From contig OZ242296.1 of assembly GCA_965207735.1 (NCBI GenBank), forward strand, positions 3,040,001-3,104,000: DNA of 64,000 nt. The letters run 5' to 3'. Position 1 is the first letter of the stretch, and each line of letters opens with the position of its first letter. Origin of the DNA: Candidatus Versatilivorator sp. GTDB taxonomy: Bacteria > Acidobacteriota > Terriglobia > Versatilivoradales > Versatilivoraceae. Both the position numbers and the translations under genes were made by a program. Below the pieces are notes generated by a model, which was not told the origin of the DNA, made no database searches, and worked only from the letters and a program-made list of their open reading frames with translations. Shown one piece after another: positions 9,585-19,500 of the stretch.

Positions 9585-9755
9585 CTTGCCTGAACCAACC
9601 CAGTATCGCGCTGCATGCGACGGGGTGAAACGAGTGATCCACGAAGGGGCACCAAGCGTGACGGCACTGCCCCATGGCACGGGCTGCGGCCCGGCAAGCC
9701 GGCGCGTGCCCCCTTGAGGAGCAAGAGCGCTGGGAGAAGGCGCTCCCGGGGGGCT
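9585..9755 (-). repeat. Copy of the intergenic repeat family seen at 3845-3915, ending in an IS110-junction-like motif
   Basis: GGGCTGCGGCCCGGCAAGCCGGCGCGTGCCCCCTTGAGGAGCAAGAG is an imperfect reverse complement of 3863-3910; GGTTGGTTCAGGCAAG at 9600-9585. Confidence 0.7.
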
Positions 9756-9767
9756 TCCGGCCGTTGT

Positions 9768-11036
9768 TTACCGGCCCCGGAACCCGGCTTCCAACTCGTC
9801 CAGGTCGAACCGGTAGAAAGTGATCTCGCCGTACCTGGAAGCCCTACCTTTCGCCGTTTCCACCACCATGCCGATGGTGCCGTCGGCCAATCGCTGTATG
9901 ACCGAATAGGCGGCAAATCCGTTGTTGAATTGAACCGGATTGGTGAACGTTTTTCCTTCGTCGTAACTGGTCCAGACCGTGATGTTGTTGCGGTTGAGGC
10001 CGCCTTCCCCGCGCGGTCCGGAAAAAAGGATCCGATCGCGGTCGTGGCCTGCGCGTTTGGCGGAATAGCGGACCAGAGAGCCGTCTACTTCCGTGATGGG
10101 TATGGAGTCCGGATTGTCGTGTCCCCAGGTGACGCCGCCATCGGTGCTGGTGTGGCGGCGGCGGAACTTGCCGCTGGTTTGCCGAGCGTCCAGCACCACT
10201 CTGCCGTCGATCAACTCGACGACTTCATCTTCGTTGGCCTCAGGTCCCGGTGTGACGCTGCCGACCTGCCAACTCTTACCCTGGTCGTCGGAATAAAAGA
10301 CGAACGGCTCGACCCTAACCGGTCCGTCTGCCGTGCTCGAACCGCCGCGCTTGGCTGGAATAACGAGCCTGCCGTTGCGCGATGTGTCACCGTCCTGCCA
10401 TTGGAGTTGGATGCCGCTACCCGGACCGGGCTCGGCATACCGCCAGTAGAGACCGTCATTGGTCTCGTGCGGCTCGTCCGGATAGGCAACCTGCTTGCGG
10501 TCCGACCAGGTCCGGCCGTTATCGGTGCTCGAACGGAGCCACAGGACCTGGTTGCGGTCCTTCGGGTGCGCGCTTTGACCAGGGGCCACGGTACGGGTGG
10601 CAAAGTCCGGCCATTGCCCGTAGAACAAGAACACTGTCCCGGTCTTGGTCTCGAGCACCGGGGTCGGGTCGGCGAAATCGAGCAAGTCACCACCCGGGCG
10701 GAATCCGGAATCGATGACGACCATCGGCTGCCAGGTTCGACCGTTATCGGTGCTCCGGCGCATTACCAGATCGATGGGGGCGTTCTCGTCGCGACGCGGG
10801 TCACTACCGTCGCCGCGGCGCCCCTCGGCGAAGACCAATACCGACCCATCCTGCGTCACAGTCATGCCCGGAATGCGGAACGTGTGGTAACCCTCTTCGT
10901 GCGTGACATAGACTCCTTTGGGGGAAACGAACGGTACTGACACCGAAATGACCTCTGCGGCCGCCGGAAATGAGACCCAGATCGACAGCATTACAAATAT
11001 GACAACTCTGCGGATGTATCCTCTCAACTGCGCCAT
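9768..11036 (-). CDS. Exo-alpha-sialidase (GH33), secreted
   Basis: FRIP motif; Asp-boxes STDNGRTW (x2), SDDQGKSW, STDGGVTW and SYDEGKTF; signal peptide. Confidence 0.92.
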   Translation of the reverse strand: MAQLRGYIRRVVIFVMLSIWVSFPAAAEVISVSVPFVSPKGVYVTHEEGYHTFRIPGMTVTQDGSVLVFAEGRRGDGSDPRRDENAPIDLVMRRSTDNGRTWQPMVVIDSGFRPGGDLLDFADPTPVLETKTGTVFLFYGQWPDFATRTVAPGQSAHPKDRNQVLWLRSSTDNGRTWSDRKQVAYPDEPHETNDGLYWRYAEPGPGSGIQLQWQDGDTSRNGRLVIPAKRGGSSTADGPVRVEPFVFYSDDQGKSWQVGSVTPGPEANEDEVVELIDGRVVLDARQTSGKFRRRHTSTDGGVTWGHDNPDSIPITEVDGSLVRYSAKRAGHDRDRILFSGPRGEGGLNRNNITVWTSYDEGKTFTNPVQFNNGFAAYSVIQRLADGTIGMVVETAKGRASRYGEITFYRFDLDELEAGFRGR

Positions 11037-11220
11037 GCTTACCTCCCCGGCGTGGGTTCCCACAGCCTGCACCCGCGATGAACCATGTCCTGTAGATTAC
11101 TTCCGTTCTACGGCGTGCCGATCCAGAATACCAGAATGGGTGCCTTTCAAGAATCCGGTTGACCCGGGCGGCGGAAGGAAGCACTCTTTGGACCCCTACC
11201 CGAACCATAGGAGAAGGCAG

Positions 11221-11835
11221 ATGAAGAGATCCCAGGGACTGCGGCAACGACGGTCAATTTCGTCGATGATACTGGTCGGTTTCATGTGGTGCACAGGCAC
11301 TGTAGCGGCGACCGGAGATCCGGACCGCTTCGACTTCAAACTGATGGCCACCAGCCGGACCTCCACCATGGAGAAGGAGATGAACCAGGCCTCGGCAATG
11401 GGCTTCAGGTTTGCCGCCGTCATGGGGGGAGAAACATCATTTGGGGGTTCCGAAGTCGTGGTCATCATGCAGAAGGGACAGGAAGGTGCTTCCGGCGGCT
11501 ATCAATACCGGCTGTTAGCCACCAACAAGACGTCCACCATGCAGAAAGAAATGAACCAGGCCGCCGGGGAAGGATTTGGGTATGCCGGGCAGACCGTCTT
11601 TGAAACACGCTTTGGCGGCAAGGAGACGGTAGTGATCATGGAGCGCGACGCAGCCGCCGGAGCGGGTCAGGCCAAGTACGAGTACAAGCTGCTGGCCACC
11701 AACAAGACGTCCACCATGCAGAAGGAGTTGACTCTGGAGGGTGAAAACGGTTTCGAACTGGCGGGAATGACGGTATCCAGGACGACTTTCGGAGGAGAGG
11801 AATTGGTATCTATCCTGCAGCGGCCGGTCAGGTAG
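11221..11835 (+). CDS. Secreted protein with three tandem ~60-aa repeats
   Basis: Repeat [FY][KR]L[ML]AT[SN][RK]TSTM[EQ]KE...G[FY]...FGG.E.V.I occurs three times; RBS AGGAG upstream. Confidence 0.75.
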   Translation: MKRSQGLRQRRSISSMILVGFMWCTGTVAATGDPDRFDFKLMATSRTSTMEKEMNQASAMGFRFAAVMGGETSFGGSEVVVIMQKGQEGASGGYQYRLLATNKTSTMQKEMNQAAGEGFGYAGQTVFETRFGGKETVVIMERDAAAGAGQAKYEYKLLATNKTSTMQKELTLEGENGFELAGMTVSRTTFGGEELVSILQRPVR

Positions 11836-11983
11836 GAGGTGGCCCGGAACGATCTGTCCTTTTCAGGGATACCATCGCAACCAACGGCCCCGCCTTCTTT
11901 CCGATCCTCCGACTCCTATGGGCACGTGGTCACCTGCGATGGTCACCCCCCAACTCCCGCTGCCGCGATCGATCGCCCGAGAT

Positions 11984-14704
11984 CTACCAAAAAGCGTAGC
12001 GGATGCGTACGCCGACTCGCCGCGGGGTGAGGACGTTGGCGAAGTAGCGTCGTGACCTGAAGCCGTCCTGGGTGCGGCCGATAAGGCCGGGGGTCTGGCG
12101 GACGCTGGTCACGGCGTACTCGTCGAGCAGGTTGTCGGCATAGAACGTCAGCGTCCAGTCGTTCCTCGAGAGCGACGCCGACAGGTTGTGAAGATCGTAA
12201 GCCGGCAGCCTCTCGCCGCCGGCGCGCAACCCGATCCGAGTGAGCACCTCACCGACGTAGGTGTAGCCGTACAGCAACTGGAGTAGGGTCCTGTCGCCCA
12301 GCAGCATGGAGTGGCTGGCCAGCAGGCTGCCCTGATGTCGGGGCGCCCCGGACAGTCGGTCGCCCTTGAAGGCGTCCGCGCCGCCGTCCAGCAGGCCGGG
12401 CGAGTCCTGGCTCAGCTCTGCATGGGTGTAGGACCACGATCCGCGCAGGCGCAAACCGTTCGTGACACCGGCCGCCCCGTTGAACTCGATGCCGCGGCTC
12501 ACCGCCCCGGCGCCGTTCAGCGTGATCGGCTGGGAGCTGAAGGGTGTGAGCCCCGCCACCTGGATGTCCTTCCAGTCCACCTGGAAGAGCGTGCCGCCGG
12601 CATTGAATCTTCCGTCCTGCCAGGAGCGGCGCATCCCGACCTCGTAGTTGGTGGTGGTATCGGGCCGGATCAGCGCCTGATCTTCATAGATGCAACCCGA
12701 CTGCGGGGGATCGTTGCCCGGGTCCGCGTCGGTGAGAAGGGCAATCTCTTCGTCGGTACACACCCGGAAGTTGTTGCCGCCGCCGATGCGGTACCCTTCC
12801 GAGCGGGTGAAGTAGGCGTTCGACTGCTCGTCGAACCGGTAGCTGAGGCTTGCCTTGAACAGCATGCCACGGTCGTTGGACTCGTAGTCGGTGAAGGGCG
12901 AGTTGTAAATGGGCGTGTAGGGGAACTCGGTGAGACTGCCGGTCTCGATGCGGTAACCGAACCAACGCCCGCCGGCCGTCACGCGCCACCGTTTGCCCAG
13001 GTCACGAGATATTTCCCCGAACAGCGCCCGCTCTCCCACGGTCTCGTTCCCGAGCGCATAGTACTCGACCGGCTCCGACACCGGCTTTCCGTCCAGGATC
13101 GGCGTTACGCCCGAGAATTCCGTCAGCCCGGGCGTAAACTCGAAGCTGGTGCCGCTGCTGTCGAAGTTGTTGAAGAAAACGCCGCCGACCCAACCCCACG
13201 GCCCTTCGCCGGTCGAGACCAGCCGCGTCTCCCAGTTGAAGCGCTCCTCCCGCTCATCCTCCCGCGTGTAGGCGGCAAAGGAGCGAAACTGAGATGTCAG
13301 GTCGGTGACCGAGATCCCCGGATCGACCGCCCGGGCCTGGGTCAGAGCCGGGAACTCGCCCGGCAGCAGCCCCGCGATGCTGAACGCCTGGATCAGCAGG
13401 TCGGTCTGGTCGCGCTGCCCCTGTTCGCCGTAGAGCGAATAGCCAACCGCGGTGGTCAGTTCCACGCCGCCCGGCGCCCAGGTCAGTTCCAGGCTCCACA
13501 GTTGGTTCTTGCGGTCGTTCGGTTCCAGAAAGCGGTGCGCGGAAACATAGCGGCCGGTGTCGAACGACCGAGCGTGATTGATCTGGCGCCCTCCGACCTG
13601 CTGATCCTGCAGGTGATAGGCCATCAGGGCCGACAGGTTCGGGGTCGCCTCCCACAGCAGGGAGAGCCGGGCCGAGACGGTCTCCTCCGTGTTGGCATCC
13701 GCTTCACGTCGTAGGTTCTCGCCCACCGCCTCCGGATCGTTCAGGTCCGGCTCCGGCTCGGAAACGCCCGGCGTGCGCAGCAGGTAGTCGTAGTCGATGA
13801 AGCCGGGGTCGGCATAGCGGTCGATGGAGCCGCGAAACGCCAGCTTGCGGGAAATCAGCGGCAGGTTGAAGGTGAGGCCTGCATCCGTGCCCGGGGCGCC
13901 GCCGTGAGCCAGCGCGAACAGGTCGCCGCGGACCTCGAAGGTCCGTCGCTCCGTGTCCGGCCGGCGCGGCAGGTAGCGCACGGCCCCCGCCAGGGTACCG
14001 GCGCCGTACAGCGTTCCCTGGGGTCCCAGCAATACCTCCACCCGCTCGATGTCGCTGAGCCGCAGATCGACCGCCAGGGGAATGTCCCCCAGGTAGGTGG
14101 CGACGCCGTTGTTGTAGTTGTTGCCGGTGAACTCCGACCCGTTCAACGAGTCCGTGTTCAGACCGCGGGCGATGATGACATTGCTCCCCCGCGCCCCTTG
14201 GTCCACAACCGTCAGGCCGGGCGTCCAGCGGGCCAGTTCCGTCAGGTTCCCGATGGCCCGCCGCTCGAGATCGTCGCCGGTCACCGCCGAAACGCTCATC
14301 GGCACTTGCTGCAGCGGTTCCTCGAAGCGGGTGGCTGTCACCACCACCGCTTCCTCGAATGGGGCGAGACGCAGGGTTATGGCCGGCAGTACCACCGGAT
14401 CGGCCCCGACGTTGACGTCCTCCAGGCTTACCGTGCCGAAGCCGCTCCGGGACACAGTCACCGTGTAGGTGCCGGGAACCAGGCCAGTGAACCCGAACCG
14501 GCCACCCGCGTCAGTCTGCACCTGGCGCGGTGTGTCCGGACCGCCGCTCAGCCTGACCTTGGCGCCGGGCAACACCGCGCCGGTCGCATCCACGACCATG
14601 CCCGCAATCTGACCCGATTGAGAGGCGGACCCAGCGATCGCGCAGACAAGCAGTCCTAGCGTCACTGCACATGCGATTGCCGCGCCCGTCGTTCCCGTTT
14701 TCAT
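11984..14704 (-). CDS. TonB-dependent receptor with N-terminal carboxypeptidase-regulatory-like domain
   Basis: GQIAGMVVDATGAVLPGAKV, VVVTATRFEEPLQQVPMSVSAV and DIERVEVLLGPQGTLYGAG; C-terminal aromatic residue. Confidence 0.93.
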   Translation of the reverse strand: MKTGTTGAAIACAVTLGLLVCAIAGSASQSGQIAGMVVDATGAVLPGAKVRLSGGPDTPRQVQTDAGGRFGFTGLVPGTYTVTVSRSGFGTVSLEDVNVGADPVVLPAITLRLAPFEEAVVVTATRFEEPLQQVPMSVSAVTGDDLERRAIGNLTELARWTPGLTVVDQGARGSNVIIARGLNTDSLNGSEFTGNNYNNGVATYLGDIPLAVDLRLSDIERVEVLLGPQGTLYGAGTLAGAVRYLPRRPDTERRTFEVRGDLFALAHGGAPGTDAGLTFNLPLISRKLAFRGSIDRYADPGFIDYDYLLRTPGVSEPEPDLNDPEAVGENLRREADANTEETVSARLSLLWEATPNLSALMAYHLQDQQVGGRQINHARSFDTGRYVSAHRFLEPNDRKNQLWSLELTWAPGGVELTTAVGYSLYGEQGQRDQTDLLIQAFSIAGLLPGEFPALTQARAVDPGISVTDLTSQFRSFAAYTREDEREERFNWETRLVSTGEGPWGWVGGVFFNNFDSSGTSFEFTPGLTEFSGVTPILDGKPVSEPVEYYALGNETVGERALFGEISRDLGKRWRVTAGGRWFGYRIETGSLTEFPYTPIYNSPFTDYESNDRGMLFKASLSYRFDEQSNAYFTRSEGYRIGGGNNFRVCTDEEIALLTDADPGNDPPQSGCIYEDQALIRPDTTTNYEVGMRRSWQDGRFNAGGTLFQVDWKDIQVAGLTPFSSQPITLNGAGAVSRGIEFNGAAGVTNGLRLRGSWSYTHAELSQDSPGLLDGGADAFKGDRLSGAPRHQGSLLASHSMLLGDRTLLQLLYGYTYVGEVLTRIGLRAGGERLPAYDLHNLSASLSRNDWTLTFYADNLLDEYAVTSVRQTPGLIGRTQDGFRSRRYFANVLTPRRVGVRIRYAFW

Positions 14705-15069
14705 GGCTATGTGAAGTTTGAGGTGACTCCGTCTTTCAGCCGCTGAACGACAGAGCTACGGTGTATTCTTGAACTTGCCATTCTGTAGCAACCGGAGGTG
14801 CTTTCCAGTGACTCTGAGAATCAAGGATAACCACGGCCGATCCCTCCACGTCCGGCAACTCGATTTCTCGCCTCATAATAACACCGGCAACCGCCTGTCC
14901 TTCCTCAAAGCCGAGCTCGATATAGCGTCCCCATGGCCTCCCTGCACCGAATGGAGAGGCGAGGGGCCAGGTGGCGGCCCCTCGGGAAATTTCGTTGATG
15001 CGGTGGGACGGCCCGCGCCCATCGAGTGGGCCGACACCCAGATAGCGCTCTCAATGCCCAATGGCATGG

Positions 15070-15210
15070 GGAAGTCTGGTTTGCGTTGGGCGAGCCTGAG
15101 CGTGCGATTGAATCCCTGGTCCGCTACTTGCAGTTGCGGGGACGGGACGCCGATCGATATGAGGAAGCCCTGGATTTGCTAAACCGGGCCGAAGCCGAAA
15201 AGGCGAGGGA
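15070..15210 (+). pseudogene. Probable gene remnant (helical-repeat/TPR-like fragment)
   Basis: WFALGEPERAIESLVRYLQLRGRDADRYEEALDLLNRAEAEK reads as protein-like but lacks a credible start and end. Confidence 0.4.
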
Positions 15211-15379
15211 TGCGGGAACTGTCCGGTGGAGGTCGATATCCAGGTGGGGCGGTCACGGACCCTGTGAGCACCCGCACAGGCAGGGGGCGGGTGGCCAGGG
15301 GCGGCAGTTGGAGCGACTGCGAAAGGATTGTCGGACAAGCCTGGAAAGGGTGTCTGCGCGAATAGGGAAAGCGCCAATG

Positions 15380-15403
15380 AAAAAAGCCGTCGCTGGGACG
15401 GCC
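15380..15403 (-). terminator. Intrinsic terminator after tRNA-Met
   Basis: Minus strand GCCGTC-CCAGC-GACGGC followed by a T-run. Confidence 0.65.
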
Positions 15404-15416
15404 CTGGAGGGAGAAT

Positions 15417-15493
<77 letters not shown>

Positions 15494-15498
15494 CCGAG

Positions 15499-15527
15499 AT
15501 ATTATTTTCCGGGGGGTTGGGAGTCAA
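15499..15527 (-). promoter_or_regulatory. sigma70-type promoter of tRNA-Met
   Basis: TTGACT-17 nt-TAATAT ending a few nt upstream of the tRNA. Confidence 0.65.
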
Positions 15528-15970
15528 GGAGTTTGTTGGGGAGGCAGGGCCGTCGAGTCGTCTCCACCGGCCGCGGCGCCGGGGGAATCCTGGGGGTCTG
15601 GCTTGGGGACGATCTTGATTTCGCCTTCGCGAACCAGGCCCAACTCTTCACGAGCGATCTTCTCGATGGTGGCGGGGTCGGTCTTCAGGGATTCGATCTC
15701 CTCCATCACGTTCCGGTTTCCCGATTCGAGGGCCTCCTTTTCCCGGACCAGGGACTGTATATCCTCCTCCAGCCGTTCCATTTTCAGGTGGCCGGTCGGA
15801 CCGAATATGGCCTGCACCGCCAACCCCAGCAACAACAGACCCATAACGACCGCCAGAACGGATCTCAGCACGGAGGATTTTTTGCCGGAAGCCAAAATTT
15901 TCCTTGTTGCTCCTGTTGGAAGCATCCGGCGGGTCTTCCCCGCCCGGCTGCGTTCCGATGAAGCTTCCAT
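15524..15970 (-). CDS. ftsB: Septum formation initiator FtsB/DivIC
   Basis: Single transmembrane helix, coiled coil, LKTDPATIEKIAREELGLVREGE. Confidence 0.85.
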   Translation of the reverse strand: MEASSERSRAGKTRRMLPTGATRKILASGKKSSVLRSVLAVVMGLLLLGLAVQAIFGPTGHLKMERLEEDIQSLVREKEALESGNRNVMEEIESLKTDPATIEKIAREELGLVREGEIKIVPKPDPQDSPGAAAGGDDSTALPPQQTP

Positions 15971-16108
15971 CGATGTAACCGGCCCGCAAAGCAGTAAGCT
16001 AGTCTAGCCCAAAACGGATATAATGAGAATCCCTTTGACCGGTATCCGGTGGGCCAATGACAGCGCCAACTCCGGCCTCGCCGGAATGCCCGGCGGGAGG
16101 AGACAGCC

Positions 16109-16435
16109 ATGACAGACAAGGTGGTGGTTCTGGTCAACTGCTCCAACCTGGAGGAGGCCGAGCAGATCGGAAGGCAACTGGTGGCCAAGCGGCTGGCGGC
16201 CTGCGTCAACCTGGTACCCGGGGTGCGTTCCTGGTATTGGTGGGAAGACAAGGTGGTCGAAGACAACGAAGTCATGGTCATGATCAAGACCTCTCGCGAG
16301 CGGCTGGCCGACCTTGAAAAGGAAGTGGTCCGTCTCCACTCCTATGCAGTTCCCGAAGTGATTGCTCTGCAGGTGGTGGACGGCTCTCGGAATTACCTGA
16401 ATTGGATCGAATTCTCCCTCAGCGGAAAACCGTGA
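16109..16435 (+). CDS. cutA: Divalent-cation tolerance protein CutA
   Basis: LVAKRLAACVN, SWYWWE and LHSYAVPEVIAL motifs. Confidence 0.93.
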   Translation: MTDKVVVLVNCSNLEEAEQIGRQLVAKRLAACVNLVPGVRSWYWWEDKVVEDNEVMVMIKTSRERLADLEKEVVRLHSYAVPEVIALQVVDGSRNYLNWIEFSLSGKP

Positions 16436-16516
16436 CCTGCGTGGTCGTGCGCCTCGCGTGGCGCACGAAGCAGTAGGGTCCCGCTTTCAGGGATGCAAGA
16501 ATCAGGGGAACCATCC

Positions 16517-19500
16517 ATGGCCAAACTATCCATCGGGAAGTGCGGCGCTTGCTGTCTGGCGGCCGTTCTGGCGCTCCTGGGCGTTTTTTCCGGTCGAGCG
16601 GGCAGGGTCTCCGCCGACACCGGCGCCGACCGGGTCGAGGTTTCCCTTCAATCCGACAGCCGATGGGAAAGGACCTTCAACCTGGGCCGCGGCGAAGTCC
16701 GCGAGATTTCGGTGGCGGTCTCCCGTCCCTCCTCCCTGCCGCCCAACGGCCGGGTGGCGGTAAGCTGGCAGTTGAAAAACCCCAACGGGACCGACGGTGA
16801 GGACCTCTCCAGGGCGTCTTCCGGTTCCGAAAAAGGGGGGAGAAAGCCCGATGCCTTTGACATATACACCCGTCCCACCGCCCACTGGAGAAAAGTGCTC
16901 CATGCCCTGGATCCGGATGTCTTTCTGATCTATCGGGCTCCGGTGTCGGGAAGGTATGTCCTCAGCCTGGCTCCGGTCATCGATGAGGACCCGGTCTTCG
17001 GCGGGCCCCGCTGGCGCGAGCCCGGGACCGCGCCCCAGGTGGCCGCCTTCCCCCGCCACACGCCCTGGCCCACCGGCGCACGAGTATCCATGCTTGCCCG
17101 GGTCAAGCCGCTGGATCTCGAGGGGCCGCCCGGCCTTCATTTCCACTTCGAGCAGGAACCCAACGACACTCCCGAGCAGGCTCAGCCCATTCCCCTTCCC
17201 GAGGGCGAAGGTGTGCAGCGGGTCCTGGTGACTGCCGGGGCCGATGACGTCGAGTATTTCGACAACGGCAGGGTGGGCCGCTCCGGTGACGACTGGTTTC
17301 GCCTCGAGTTCACCGGCACCGAGCCCCGGTTGCTGACCTGCAATCTGACCCTTCCCGATCACACCCTGGCGGCACGCCTCAGATTCTACGCGCTGCCGGA
17401 CCCGACCAGCCGGGCCCGTCCGGCCCCTGACGAACCCTTCCGGGATCCGGCGGACCCTGCCCCCGACGAGATGGCGTTGCTGCCGCTGGTGGAGTACACC
17501 CGGGGGCGCAACGACAATGAGCGGGTTCACCAGCAGTCCGAGGACCACCGATCGGAAATCAACCGCCTGTTGCAGCCCGGCGGAGTTTACTTTCTGCGGG
17601 CAGAGGCCAACGCGCCGGGCTACGAGATCGAATTGCGACTGCTCCAACCGGCGCCCTACCGAGACCCCAGGATGGCGGTGCGCCAGGGCCTCTACGACCA
17701 CCTGGCCCAGGTGGATTCCTGGCTGACCAACCGCCCTCGAGGCGCCAGCGTGGAGCGCCGCATCCGCGACACCGGCAACCTGCTGGGAACCCACTGCATG
17801 AGCTGCCACACCCAGGCAGGGGTTTGGGGCTCGGCGGTCCCCGTGGAAAACGGATACCCGGTCGAAAACGTTCAGAACTTCCGGCGACTGGTCAACGTGA
17901 TGTATGAGTCGCTCAGGCCGACCAATTACCTCAAGGAGGCCGCCAACAATACCAGCCTGGCCCCCCTGGACGTCGGCGACGGTCCCGCCGGCACCCGGGT
18001 GGCCGGCCACAACGTCTGCACCGCCGAGCGGGCGCTACCTCCGCGCAAGCTCCATTCGAAACAACTGGTTCGCGCCGCCAACCATGTGCTTCAGACTGCC
18101 GATCCCGGCGGGATCAATGCCGCCGGTCCCGGTTCCAACGTGGGCAAGTCGGTCGTTTTCAGCTATGCCGGAGAGATCCTCCGCACCGCCTGGGACCGCA
18201 CCGGCCATCCCCGCTACTTCGCGGGCGTGGAGGAAAAGGCCCTGAAGCTGTTGGAGGTGCAGCCGAAGTACAGCGACGATCTCTCCCACCGCATCGAGTT
18301 CTTCCGCCGCTTCTTTCCCCAGGACTACCTCGAAGCCAGCCGCAAAGTGCATTCGGTTCAACAAGGACTTCCGCCTCGGCCTGCTCGGATCGAGCCGCCA
18401 CCGACGACCGATGAGTCCGAAGAAGAGCTGCCCCCGGCCGAGTTCCCGGACTATGAGCTCTTGTCGGAGGAGGCTGCCCTGGACCTGTGGCAGCGGATTC
18501 AAGGTCAGGTAGCCGAGGACGAGAAGCACCTGAGGGCCATCCAGAATCCGGACGGGTCCTGGGGGTTCGATCCCGGAAAGCCGCTCCCCGATGGCGCGGG
18601 GTGGAAGACTGACGGCGAGTCGGATCCGGCGCCCACGGCCCTGGCCCTGATAGCCCTGGAATCACTCGGCCATGGCGCCGGTGATCCGGCGGTGGACTCG
18701 GGCGTCCGGGCACTGCTTGGAATGCAAAAGCCCTACGGACTCTGGAATAAAAGCGCCAAGACCGGGTTCGTGACCACCGCCTATGTGCTGCACGCTCTTT
18801 CCCGGCTCTTTCCCGTTTCTCCGGAGGAGCCACCCCGGCAGCGATTCGAATTCACGCCCGAGGACTCCCTCAGGACCACCCTGGCCAAGGTCAGAGATCT
18901 GTCCCACTCGGAAGATCCCGAGCTGGCGGATCTGATGGTCCGGGCCGCAGCACACCATAGTCCCCTGGTGCGCTATTGGGGCGTCATGGGATTGGGAGGC
19001 ATCCACGGCAAGCATGGGGTGGACGCGCTGATCGCAGCCATGGGCGATCCGGTCAAGATGGTGCGGGATGCGGCCGCCTGGGCCATGGAACAGACGCTGC
19101 TGGACGATCGGGGGTTCGAAGAACTGTTCGAGGCTTACGAGACCGGCAACGACCGTGTGCGGGAAACCGTTCTCAAGGCTCTGGGAATGCGCGCCGATGC
19201 CGTTCTGACCCGCCCCGGCTTCGACCAGTCCCGCCTGACCCGGCTTCTGGCCGGGGCCCTCACCCGGGACCCGCACCCCGGCGTGCGGGCCTGGGCAGCC
19301 AAGGCTGCCTGGCAGTGGTGGGTCTGGAATCCTCCCCTGCGTCCCGCCATCCAGCAGGCCTGGCTGAGCAAGCTGGCGGCTCCCGAAACCGAGGCCCTGG
19401 TGGAACAGTGCCTGAGATACCAGAGCCACGCCCTGTTCATTGCCAACGGCCACAAGGCCAACAGCAGCAAGATCCACCAGTATCCCGAGCTGACCTCCCT

